Assembly: GCA_965178125.1 (NCBI GenBank)
Contig: OZ237771.1
Span: forward strand, 558,001 to 605,204
Source of the DNA: Bilabrum cf. latius
Lineage: Eukaryota
DNA length: 47,204 nt
Reading direction: 5' to 3'
The number at the start of each line of letters is the position of its first letter. The first letter of the stretch is position 1. The position numbers and the translations under genes were made by a program. Of the stretch, positions 37,449 through 47,204 are shown one piece after another. The notes under the pieces are model-generated. The model made no database searches. It was not told where the DNA came from and was given only the letters and a program-made list of their open reading frames with translations.

Positions 37449-39410
37449 AAAATCCTGCGGGATACGATCTCGGCAACCACAGGAGATATGAAGACCGTTC
37501 AAATTGCGTTGGGACGGCCTAGGGCCACATCATTGGCCAAATGTTCCTCAGGTTCCGCTTTTGACGCGCGGCGCCAATATTGGGCCTTGAAGATTTTCAT
37601 GCTGAAATCCTGCGGGATACGATCTCGGCAACCACAGGAGATATGAAGACCGTTCAAATTGCGTTGGGACGGCCTAGGGCCACAACATTGGCCAAATGTT
37701 CCTCAGGTTCCGCTTTTGACGCGCGGCGCCAATATTGGGCCTTGAAGATTTTCATGCTGAAATCCTGCGGGATACGATCTCGGCAACCACAGGAGATATG
37801 AAGACCGTTCAAATTGCGTTGGGACGGCCTAGGGCCACAACATTGGCCAAATGTTCCTCAGGTTCCGCTTTTGACGCGCGGCGCCAATATTGGGCCTTGA
37901 AGATTTTCATGCTGAAATCCTGCGGGATACGATCTCGGCAACCACAGGAGATATGAAGACCGTTAAAATTGCATTGGGACGGCCTAGAGCCACATCATTG
38001 GCCAAATGTTCCTCAGGTTCCGCTTTTGACGCGCGGCGCCAATATTGGGCCTTGAAGATTTTCATGCTGAAATCCTGCGGGATACGATCTCGGCAACCAC
38101 AGGAGATATGAAGACCGTTCAAATTGCGTTGGGACGGCCTAGGGCCACATCATTGGCCAAATGTTCCTCAGGTTCCGCTTTTGACGCGCGGCGCCAATAT
38201 TGGGCCTTGAAGATTTTCATGCTGAAATCCTGCGGGATACGATCTCGGCAACCACAGGAGATATGAAGACCGTTCAAATTGCGTTGGGACGGCCTAGAGC
38301 CACATCATTGGCCAAATGTTCCTCAGGTTCCGCTTTTGACGCGCGGCGCCAATATTGGGCCTTGAAGATTTTCATGCTGAAATCCTGCGGGATACGATCT
38401 CGGCAACCACAGGAGATATGAAGACCGTTCAAATTGCGTTGGGACGGCCTAGAGCCACATCATTGGCCAAATGTTCCTCAGGTTCCGCTTTTGACGCGCG
38501 GCGCCAATATTGGGCCTTGAAGATTTTCATGCTGAAATCCTGCGGGATACGATCTCGGCAACCACAGGAGATATGAAGACCGTTCAAATTGCGTTGGGAC
38601 GGCCTAGGGCCACATCATTGGCCAAATGTTCCTCAGGTTCCGCTTTTGACGCGCGGCGCCAATATTGGGCCTTGAAGATTTTCATGCTGAAATCCTGCGG
38701 GATACGATCTCGGCAACCACAGGAGATATGAAGACCGTTCAAATTGCGTTGGGACGGCCTAGAGCCACATCATTGGCCAAATGTTCCTCAGGTTCCGCTT
38801 TTGACGCGCGGCGCCAATATTGGGCCTTGAAGATTTTCATGCTGAAATCCTGCGGGATACGATCTCGGCAACCACAGGAGATATGAAGACCGTTCAAATT
38901 GCGTTGGGACGGCCTAGGGCCACAACATTGGCCAAATGTTCCTCAGGTTCCGCTTTTGACGCGCAGCGCCAATATTGGGCCTTGAAGATTTTCATGCTGA
39001 AATCCTGCGGGATACGATCTCGGCAACCACAGGAGATATGAAGACCGTTCAAATTGCGTTGGGACGGCCTAGGGCCACATCATTGGCCAAATGTTCCTCA
39101 GGTTCCGCTTTTGACGCGCGGCGCCAATATTGGGCCTTGAAGATTTTCATGCTGAAATCCTGCGGGATACGATCTCGGCAACCACAGGAGATATGAAGAC
39201 CGTTAAAATTGCATTGGGACGGCCTAGGGCCACATCATTGGCCAAATGTTCCTCAGGTTCCGCTTTTGACGCACGGCGCCAATATTGGGCCTTGAAGATT
39301 TTCATGCTGAAATCCTGCGGGATACGATCTCGGCAACCACAGGAGATATGAAGACCGTTCAAATTGCGTTGGGACGGCCTAGGGCCACAACATTGGCCAA
39401 ATGTTCCTCA
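37449..39410. repeat. 155-bp satellite, ~12.6 copies (variant A)
   Basis: Exact 155-nt period (track ORFs at 37580, 37735, 37890...). Confidence 0.98.
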
Positions 39411-39446
39411 GATTCATTGTACTTCATTCAGTGCAAGTATGGCGTA

Positions 39447-41927
39447 TTGAAACCTACTCGGGGGAGGTTTCAAAACCTACCCAGGGCGGTTTCAAAACCT
39501 ACCCAGGGCGGTTTCAAAACCTACCCAGGGCGGTTTCAAAACCTACCCAGGGCGGTTTCAAAACCTACCCAGGGCGGTTTCAAAACCTACCCAGGGCGGT
39601 TTCAAAACCTACCCAGGGCGGTTTCAAAACCTACCCAGGGCGGTTTCAAAACCTACCCAGGGCGGTTTCAAAACCTACCCAGGGCGGTTTCAAAACCTAC
39701 CCAGGGCGGTTTCAAAACCTACCCAGGGCGGTTTCAAAACCTACCCAGGGCGGTTTCAAAACCTACCCAGGGCGGTTTCAAAACCTACCCAGGGCGGTTT
39801 CAAAACCTACCCAGGGCGGTTTCAAAACCTACCCAGGGCGGTTTCAAAACCTACCCAGGGCGGTTTCAAAACCTACCCAGGGCGGTTTCAAAACCTACCC
39901 AGGGCGGTTTCAAAACCTACCCAGGGCGGTTTCAAAACCTACCCAGGGCGGTTTCAAAACCTACCCAGGGCGGTTTCAAAACCTACCCAGGGCGGTTTCA
40001 AAACCTACCCAGGGCGGTTTCAAAACCTACCCAGGGCGGTTTCAAAACCTACCCAGGGCGGTTTCAAAACCTACCCAGGGCGGTTTCAAAACCTACCCAG
40101 GGCGGTTTCAAAACCTACCCAGGGCGGTTTCAAAACCTACCCAGGGCGGTTTCAAAACCTACCCAGGGCGGTTTCAAAACCTACCCAGGGCGGTTTCAAA
40201 ACCTACCCAGGGCGGTTTCAAAACCTACCCAGGGCGGTTTCAAAACCTACCCAGGGCGGTTTCAAAACCTACCCAGGGCGGTTTCAAAACCTACCCAGGG
40301 CGGTTTCAAAACCTACCCAGGGCGGTTTCAAAACCTACCCAGGGCGGTTTCAAAACCTACCCAGGGCGGTTTCAAAACCTACCCAGGGCGGTTTCAAAAC
40401 CTACCCAGGGCGGTTTCAAAACCTACCCAGGGCGGTTTCAAAACCTACCCAGGGCGGTTTCAAAACCTACCCAGGGCGGTTTCAAAACCTACCCAGGGCG
40501 GTTTCAAAACCTACCCAGGGCGGTTTCAAAACCTACCCAGGGCGGTTTCAAAACCTACCCAGGGCGGTTTCAAAACCTACCCAGGGCGGTTTCAAAACCT
40601 ACCCAGGGCGGTTTCGAAACCTACCCAGGGCGGTTTCGAAACCTACCCAGGGCGGTTTCAAAACCTACCCAGGGCGGTTTCAAAACCTACCCAGGGCGGT
40701 TTCAAAACCTACCCAGGGCGGTTTCAAAACCTACCCAGGGCGGTTTCAAAACCTACCCAGGGCGGTTTCAAAACCTACCCAGGGCGGTTTCAAAACCTAC
40801 CCAGGGCGGTTTCAAAACCTACCCAGGGCGGTTTCAAAACCTACCCAGGGCGGTTTCAAAACCTACCCAGGGCGGTTTCAAAACCTACCCAGGGCGGTTT
40901 CAAAACCTACCCAGGGCGGTTTCAAAACCTACCCAGGGCGGTTTCAAAACCTACCCAGGGCGGTTTCAAAACCTACCCAGGGCGGTTTCAAAACCTACCC
41001 AGGGCGGTTTCAAAACCTACCCAGGGCGGTTTCAAAACCTACCCAGGGCGGTTTCAAAACCTACCCAGGGCGGTTTCAAAACCTACCCAGGGCGGTTTCA
41101 AAACCTACCCAGGGAGGTTTCAAAACCTACCCAGGGAGGTTTCAAAACCTACCCAGGGCGGTTTCAAAACCTACCCAGGGCGGTTTCAAAACCTACCCAG
41201 GGCGGTTTCAAAACCTACCCAGGGCGGTTTCAAAACCTACCCAGGGCGGTTTCAAAACCTACCCAGGGCGGTTTCAAAACCTACCCAGGGCGGTTTCAAA
41301 ACCTACCCAGGGCGGTTTCAAAACCTACCCAGGGCGGTTTCAAAACCTACCCAGGGCGGTTTCAAAACCTACCCAGGGCGGTTTCAAAACCTACCCAGGG
41401 CGGTTTCAAAACCTACCCAGGGCGGTTTCAAAACCTACCCAGGGCGGTTTCAAAACCTACCCAGGGCGGTTTCAAAACCTACCCAGGGAGGTTTCAAAAC
41501 CTACCCAGGGAGGTTTCAAAACCTACCCAGGGAGGTTTCAAAACCTACCCAGGGAGGTTTCAAAACCTACCCAGGGCGGTTTCAAAACCTACCCAGGGCG
41601 GTTTCAAAACCTACCCAGGGCGGTTTCAAAACCTACCCAGGGCGGTTTCAAAACCTACCCAGGGCGGTTTCAAAACCTACCCAGGGCGGTTTCAAAACCT
41701 ACCCAGGGCGGTTTCAAAACCTACCCAGGGAGGTTTCAAAACCTACCCAGGGCGGTTTCAAAACCTACCCAGGGAGGTTTCAAAACCTACCCAGGGAGGT
41801 TTCAAAACCTACCCAGGGAGGTTTCAAAACCTACCCAGGGAGGTTTCAAAACCTACCCAGGGAGGTTTCAAAACCTACCCAGGGAGGTTTCAAAACCTAC
41901 CCAGGGAGGTTTGAAACCTACCCTAGG
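39447..41927. repeat. 22-bp minisatellite GGTTTCAAAACCTACCCAGGGC, ~112 copies
   Basis: Read directly; no spacers; C>A variant enriched distally. Confidence 0.98.
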
Positions 41928-42039
41928 TGTGGGTTTGGGAATCCAGTGGTTATTGACCGATATTCAATGTTGTGGCTCGTTCTACGTAGCCATATGTATG
42001 CGTTAACCTCCTTGGTCGATACATCGCTTTGACATCAGG

Positions 42040-42354
42040 TATTCGTTGGCTTATAGTCAAGACTAAATAGATTGCGTCCTGGCTCCTACTATCCCGTCCT
42101 AACGGGTCACTGGCTGGCACTCTGGCAAGCTCCTCTCACAAGCTGGCCCAGCTGCCACTGACCTCAATTGGTATCCGCCTGGCTGCTTTTCACTCGTTAT
42201 CGGAGGAGGGTTCCGCATCGACAGCTGCCAGGAGCGCCTCAACAGCGTCCACGTCTGCTGCATTGAGATCTCCTTCCGCCGTCTTCTCGAGGGCCGTCAT
42301 CAGGCCTACGAGCGTGCCCAACCCGTCGTCCCTCTCTTGAATTGTTTCCTGCAC
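42040..42354 (-). pseudogene. 3'-terminal fragment (last ~54 codons + 3' flank) of the element ORF
   Basis: About 21 mismatches in 315 bp versus 44252..44566 by manual alignment; ends abruptly at telomeric repeats. Confidence 0.9.
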
Positions 42355-43169
42355 AGGGTTAGGTTAGGGGTTAGGGGTTAGGGTTAGGGTTAGGGTTAGG
42401 GTTAGGGTTAGGGTTAGGGTTAGGGTTAGGGTTAGGGTTAGGGTTAGGGTTAGGGTTAGGGTTAGGGTTAGGGTTAGGGTTAGGGTTAGGGTTAGGGTTA
42501 GGGTTAGGGTTAGGGTTAGGGTTAGGGTTAGGGTTAGGGTTAGGGTTAGGGTTAGGGTTAGGGTTAGGGTTAGGGTTAGGGTTAGGGTTAGGGTTAGGGT
42601 TAGGGTTAGGGTTAGGGTTAGGGTTAGGGTTAGGGTTAGGGTTAGGGTTAGGGTTAGGGTTAGGGTTAGGGTTAGGGTTAGGGTTAGGGTTAGGGTTAGG
42701 GTTAGGGTTAGGGTTAGGGTTAGGGTTAGGGTTAGGGTTAGGGTTAGGGTTAGGGTTAGGGTTAGGGTTAGGGTTAGGGTTAGGGTTAGGGTTAGGGTTA
42801 GGGTTAGGGTTAGGGTTAGGGTTAGGGTTAGGGTTAGGGTTAGGGTTAGGGTTAGGGTTAGGGTTAGGGTTAGGGTTAGGGTTAGGGTTAGGGTTAGGGT
42901 TAGGGTTAGGGTTAGGGTTAGGGTTAGGGTTAGGGTTAGGGTTAGGGTTAGGGTTAGGGTTAGGGTTAGGGTTAGGGTTAGGGTTAGGGTTAGGGTTAGG
43001 GTTAGGGTTAGGGTTAGGGTTAGGGTTAGGGTTAGGGTTAGGGTTAGGGTTAGGGTTAGGGTTAGGGTTAGGGTTAGGGTTAGGGTTAGGGTTAGGGTTA
43101 GGGTTAGGGTTAGGGTTAGGGTTAGGGTTAGGGTTAGGGTTAGGGTTAGGGTTAGGGTTAGGGTTAGGG
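42355..43169 (+). repeat. Telomeric (TTAGGG)n tract 2, ~135 copies, with irregular first units (TTAGG, TTAGGGG)
   Basis: Read directly from the sequence. Confidence 0.99.
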
Positions 43170-43230
43170 TATCTAATATAAAGTCAGGGACAGGGTCGGG
43201 GAAAAAATATTTTCATCTTCGAATTTTGAC

Positions 43231-44092
43231 AAAATCCTGCGGGATACGATCTCGGCAACCACAGGAGATATGAAGACCGTTCAAATTGTATTGGGACGGC
43301 CTAGGGCCACAACATGGGGCAAATGTTCCCCAGGTTCCGTTTTTGACGCGCGGCGCCAATATTGGGCCTTGAAGATTTTCATGCTGAAATCCTGCGGGAT
43401 ACGATCTCGGCAACTACAGGAGATATGAAGACCGTTCAAATTGCATTGGGACGGCCTAGGGCCACAACATGGGGCAAATGTTCCCCAGGTTCCGTTTTTG
43501 ACGCGCGGCGCCAATATTGGGCCTTGAAGATTTTCATGCTGAAATCCTGCGGGATACGATCTCGGCAACTACAGGAGATATGAAGACCGTTCAAATTGCA
43601 TTGGGACGGCCTAGGGCCACAACATGGGGCAAATGTTCCCCAGGTTCCGTTTTTGACGCGCGGCGCCAATATTGGGCCTTGAAGATTTTCATGCTGAAAT
43701 CCTGCGGGATACGATCTCGGCAACCACAGGAGATATGAAGACCGTTCAAATTGCATTGGGACGGCCTAGGGCCACAACATGGGGAAAATGTTCCCCAGGT
43801 TCCGTTTTTGACGCGCGGCGCCAATATTGGGCCTTGAAGATTTTCATGCTGAAATCCTGCGGGATACGATCTCGGCAACTACAGGAGATATGAAGACCGT
43901 TCAAATTGCATTGGGACGGCCTAGGGCCACAACATGGGGCAAATGTTCCCCAGGTTCCGTTTTTGACGCGCGGCGCCAATATTGGGCCTTGAAGATTTTC
44001 ATGCTGAAATCCTGTGGGATACGATCTCGGCAACCACAGGAGATATGAAGACCGTTCAAATTGCATTGGGACGGCCTAGGGCCACAACATGG
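43231..44092. repeat. 155-bp satellite, ~5.5 copies (variant B)
   Basis: Same unit as 37449..39410 with fixed differences (catggggcaaatgttcccc vs cattggccaaatgttcctc). Confidence 0.97.
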
Positions 44093-44401
44093 TGCAAAAA
44101 TTTCTTTGATGTCAGTGGGGTCACTTGATAATGTCACGTTCAAAATATGGGAATCACGTCTTTGTGATGATAGTCGTTTGATAGTCAGTAGTTCTGTTGA
44201 GATGATGTTTATGGCAGTGGTTTATTTTTGGAGGATTGTATTAATACCAGATATTCGTTGGCTTATAGTCAAGACTAAACAGAATGCCTCTTGGCTCCTA
44301 CTATTCCGTCCTAACGGGTCACTGGCTGGCACATTGGCAAACTCCTCTCACAAGCTGGCCCAGCTGCCACTGACCTCAATTGCCATCCGATTGGCTGCTT
44401 T

Positions 44402-45943
44402 TCACTCGTCATCGGAGGAGGGTTCCGCACCGACAGCTGCCAGGAGCGCCTCCACAGCGTCCACGTCTGCCGCATTGAGATCTCCTTCCGCCGTCTTCTC
44501 GAGGGCCGTCATCAGGTCTGCGAGCATGCCCAATCCGTGGTCCCTCTCTTGAATTGTTTCCTGCACGTCCTCGACCATGTCGTCGATAGTCCGGCTGACG
44601 CCCAGCGCGGTGTCATCGCAGGCAGTGAGGATGCGGTCCACCAGGTGCCGCTGCTAGTCGGTGAAGCCGTTGTCCTCCACTCCACCGTCGTTCTCAGAGT
44701 CGTCTTGCTGGTTCTGGGCCTCGTTCTCTTCTTCCTCATCCAGCTCGTTCCCATCCTCCTCGTCCTGCTGCACGAGCCCTATCGGAGCCTCATCCTCGTC
44801 CTCCTCTCCGGCTGCGTCTGCGTGGTACCGACCACGGATCTCCTCTTCATCTTCCTCAGAGTCCTGTCGAGGCAGTGATGCTGCTGCTCCACTCCTTGCG
44901 CCACTTGCTCCCCTCTTCTCCTGGTCATCGGCGCGGCGAGCTCCTCCGCCATAGCCCGGCTGGAGGACGGGCAATCGCTTGGGCTGCATCTTAGCCGGAG
45001 GCGCGGCTTCAGCGTGCCTGCCCTTCGGCTCTGCCGATCGGGCACCCTTGCCCTTCGACTTGCCCTTAGACTTGCCCTTAGACTTGCCCTTAGACTTGCC
45101 CGCGGCCTTGGTCCTGGCGCTGAGCTTGGCCTTTGCCTTAGCCTTTCTCTCGGCCTCCGCCGCTCGCTTGGGGCCGAGTAGCTCGTTGTTCAGTCGCTCG
45201 GTCGCTGAGTCGCTGGACTCTGAGTCGTCCCGACCCATCCCGCCCTGCTCCCTCCGGGCCGTATAGGCTCTGTGCTCCACGTCATCTTCGTCGTCGTCGT
45301 CGTCGTCGTCGTCCATGGCACTCCGCTTGCCCTTCCGCGTACGGGGTGCACTACTCGGCACGGCAGCAGCGGCTCCCGAAGAATCACCTTGATCTCGTGC
45401 TGAAGCCTCGGCAGAGTCGTCAACCGGCAACTCGAGCATGTCCTTGAAGACAGCCTGCATGCCTCCACGACCACGCACAGAGGCTTTCCCAGCTCCGTGG
45501 TCGCAGACGAACTTGAGCACGGTCTTGTAGTTCCTCCGCAGGCCGTCCATGCCTGCCTTGAACCAAGGATTGTGGTTGGTTGAATAGCCGCTGTCGCGCA
45601 GGCCCATGAGCAGCTGCTTCATCTTCCGAAAGCCTGGCGAGCTGGAGCCGCTGGTTGATGCAGCCGGGTACAGGCGACGGTTCAGCGACTCGAGCACGCC
45701 AGACGGCAGCTTGGACTCATCCAGCGCCAGGATGGCATCCACACAGGCCTTGATGCCCGCCTTCTTGGTCCCTTCGTAGTGCTCCGTAGACCCGCAGAGC
45801 AGCCCACAGTCTTGGTGGAGGCCCACGAGGGAGATCAGCAGGACCTGCTTGGCCGCGGACGTGGCGACGCCTGAAGCCAGGGCGGCCACGACAGGGCGAG
45901 ACTTGCTGGTGTGCTTGACGCTGTAGCTCTTTGCGGCGGCCAT
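44402..45943 (-). CDS. Element-encoded hypothetical protein (513 aa; folded-looking N-terminus, basic KGKS repeats, acidic tracts, helical C-terminus)
   Basis: ATG 45943 (MAAAKSY), preceded by ccgcag; track ORFs ending 44654 and 44402 share a frame and join via TAG 44654; ends TGA. Confidence 0.75.
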
Positions 45944-46175
45944 GGTACTCTGCGGTGCCAGGGGAACACGGGTGAGGCCACGAACAGGCGCTTGGATGCG
46001 GCAGGGAACACGGACATGAGACCCAGGGATACTCCAGGGCAAGCTCGAGGGGCAAAAAAAAAAAAAAAGGACACAACCCCGCCCACTCGGTCTCAGACCC
46101 GGGACCCATGATGTTGGGTCGGTTCTCCGGTCGTGGGGGCCCGGGCCCCAGCCAGCAAAAAAATAAAATAAAAAG

Positions 46176-46255
46176 TGCCCCAACGGGAATCGAACCTCGG
46201 GGGTAGTCCGGGGTGCGATTACCAACCGTACGCAATACCACTACACCACCACAGC
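46176..46255 (-). pseudogene. Degenerate tRNA-like sequence / Pol III internal promoter
   Basis: A box TGGTGTAGTGG, B box GGTTCGATTCC, 7-nt loop TTGGTAA on an imperfect stem, followed by TTTTT. Acceptor and T stems pair poorly. Confidence 0.6.
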
Positions 46256-46828
46256 AACCCACGCGAAACCGAAAAAAATTACAGATTCGCATCAAAAGTG
46301 CACGCAACTTGCACTTGTCACGCCGAAACCTACCCGTTCACCCAACGAGCAGCGCGAAATCAGAAACACTCATATTGCGCTCCTTGTATTCAATTGCAGA
46401 GGCGCATACTTGGCATATAGCTACTATAGCATATTGTGCATACAACCCTAAAGCAAACGTGAGTCAAATCGATGGGGTATGCGTGGGGATTGCCTTGCGC
46501 AATGCGCTTGCTGCAACGTGGTTCAGACGTTTGGCTCAATTGCGCGACGGCAAGCACTCGTTGGAACTAATCTCGCGCATATTATCAAATAATATAACAT
46601 ACTGCAAACAATTGCGCGGCGATATATAGGCTGCGCGCCCAATGCTCACTTTGCTTGCGGCAGGTGTGCTGCGACAACATTTGTGGTGGCCCGGATCAGG
46701 TTGCGGAACCTGATGCGCGGCACCGCCGTGACGAGTGCGCCACCAGGGAACAACGCATCGTACCATCATACTAATCACATCCCAAGTATATTATATATCC
46801 TTGTGGCATCTCTGTCCGCAGTCTGGTC

Positions 46829-47204
46829 ATGGCGCAGTCCACGTACGACGCCACCAAGCATGTGAAGGCTCTCGATTACCTCCGGGCCTTCCTGGACCGC
46901 CGCGCGAAGGGCTACGCTCAGAACCCGCATCGCGTGCGCATCGGAGTCCCAGGGCCACTTCAACCAGGAGGTGCCGCCCTGCCTGGCCCGCCGGCCGGCG
47001 AGGCGCAGGCCCAGATCCCGGCCCAGGTGGGGCCAGCGCCAGGCGGCCATGCCGCCGGGGGGGGCGATGCGGCAGGCCTGCCGGCCCCCGTCCCAGCCAT
47101 CGGCGAGCATGCTCCGGAGCACCAGCACCAGCAGCAAGAGGGCGCCCACCAACCACCACCTGGTGCAGCTCTTGCTGCTGGCCAGCAGGCGATGCCCGCC
47201 GCCC
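46829..47204 (+). CDS. 5' part of a hypothetical protein, truncated by the window end (MAQSTYDATKHVKALDYLRAFLDRRAKGY...)
   Basis: Open from ATG 46829 to the window end, GC3-rich codons, ccgcag acceptor-like motif 7 nt upstream. Absent from the track because it has no stop in the window. Confidence 0.6.
   Translation, partial: MAQSTYDATKHVKALDYLRAFLDRRAKGYAQNPHRVRIGVPGPLQPGGAALPGPPAGEAQAQIPAQVGPAPGGHAAGGGDAAGLPAPVPAIGEHAPEHQHQQQEGAHQPPPGAALAAGQQAMPAA

Larger units (their letters stand above)
37389..42354 (-). mobile_element. Truncated copy of a telomere-associated element (junction + 155-bp array + 22-bp array + 3' fragment of ORF)
   Basis: Bounded by TTAGGG on both sides; same ~60-bp junction as 43170; 42040..42354 aligns ungapped to 44252..44566. 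Confidence 0.65.
43170..47204 (-). mobile_element. Longer copy of the telomere-associated element; distal boundary unknown, may run off the window
   Basis: Same junction and 155-bp array as 37389; carries the intact ORF 44402..45943. Confidence 0.6.

Noticed and set aside
37449-39410. Hammerhead ribozyme in the 155-bp unit (minus-strand CTGAGGA)
   Set aside because: No correctly placed GAAA after a stem II, and the motif is CTGGGGA in array B. An Infernal search would settle it.
39447-41927. CRISPR array (GTTTCAA-like palindromic repeat)
   Set aside because: Units are head-to-tail with no spacers, there are no cas genes, and the context is eukaryotic.
36295-42032. Long track ORFs (poly-TL 393 aa, 915 aa, 837 aa, repeated 73-aa ORFs)
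   Set aside because: They are translations of telomeric and satellite repeats that lack stops.
36247-43169. Telomere-telomere chromosome fusion
   Set aside because: A fusion gives TTAGGG followed by CCCTAA; both tracts here have the same orientation.
44252-44404. Read-through of TGA extending the element ORF
   Set aside because: It would need two TGAs recoded, and differences between the two copies here are mostly non-synonymous; treated as 3' UTR.
45944-46225. N-terminal extension of the element ORF given by the track (start 46225)
   Set aside because: It runs through poly-T tracts and the tRNA-like unit; ATG 45943 is the plausible start.
46176-46255. The UAG-decoding tRNA-Gln(CUA)
   Set aside because: The canonical loop reads TTGGTAA; the CTA lies in the variable region and the stems are decayed.
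46775-47159. Minus-strand ORFs of 125 and 110 aa
   Set aside because: Likely shadows of the + strand ORF starting at 46829, which has better codon pattern and start context.

Overview
Gene-dense, GC-rich eukaryotic (protist-like) nuclear DNA at or near a chromosome end; the organism cannot be named from sequence alone. 1-35.2 kb holds about 13 tightly packed genes with short GT-AG introns: Mrr-like nuclease, TM-RING ligase, AGC kinase, SERRATE/Ars2-like protein, coiled-coil protein, importin-beta-like protein, TMEM218, SDR, DnaJ, mitochondrial S9, SSRP1, sphingosine kinase and a hypothetical protein. Main result: the ORF track is fragmented because TAG is a sense codon, almost certainly Gln. 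In-frame TAG falls at conserved Gln sites (uS9 GGGxSG-Q-AGA, SDR ALRxxA-Q-SMAR, J-domain YD-Q), while TAA and TGA still end genes. This decoupling of UAG from UAA is rare in nuclear codes. Second result: after a 53-bp satellite, two same-orientation (TTAGGG)n tracts are each followed by the same conserved junction and a 155-bp satellite. The proximal unit is a truncated copy of the distal one, broken mid-ORF and followed by telomeric repeats. This fits a telomere-inserting or telomere-extending element (Terminon/Athena-like or Y'-like) carrying an unknown ORF, a degenerate tRNA-like Pol III unit and a divergent ORF that runs off the window. No reverse transcriptase is visible here.
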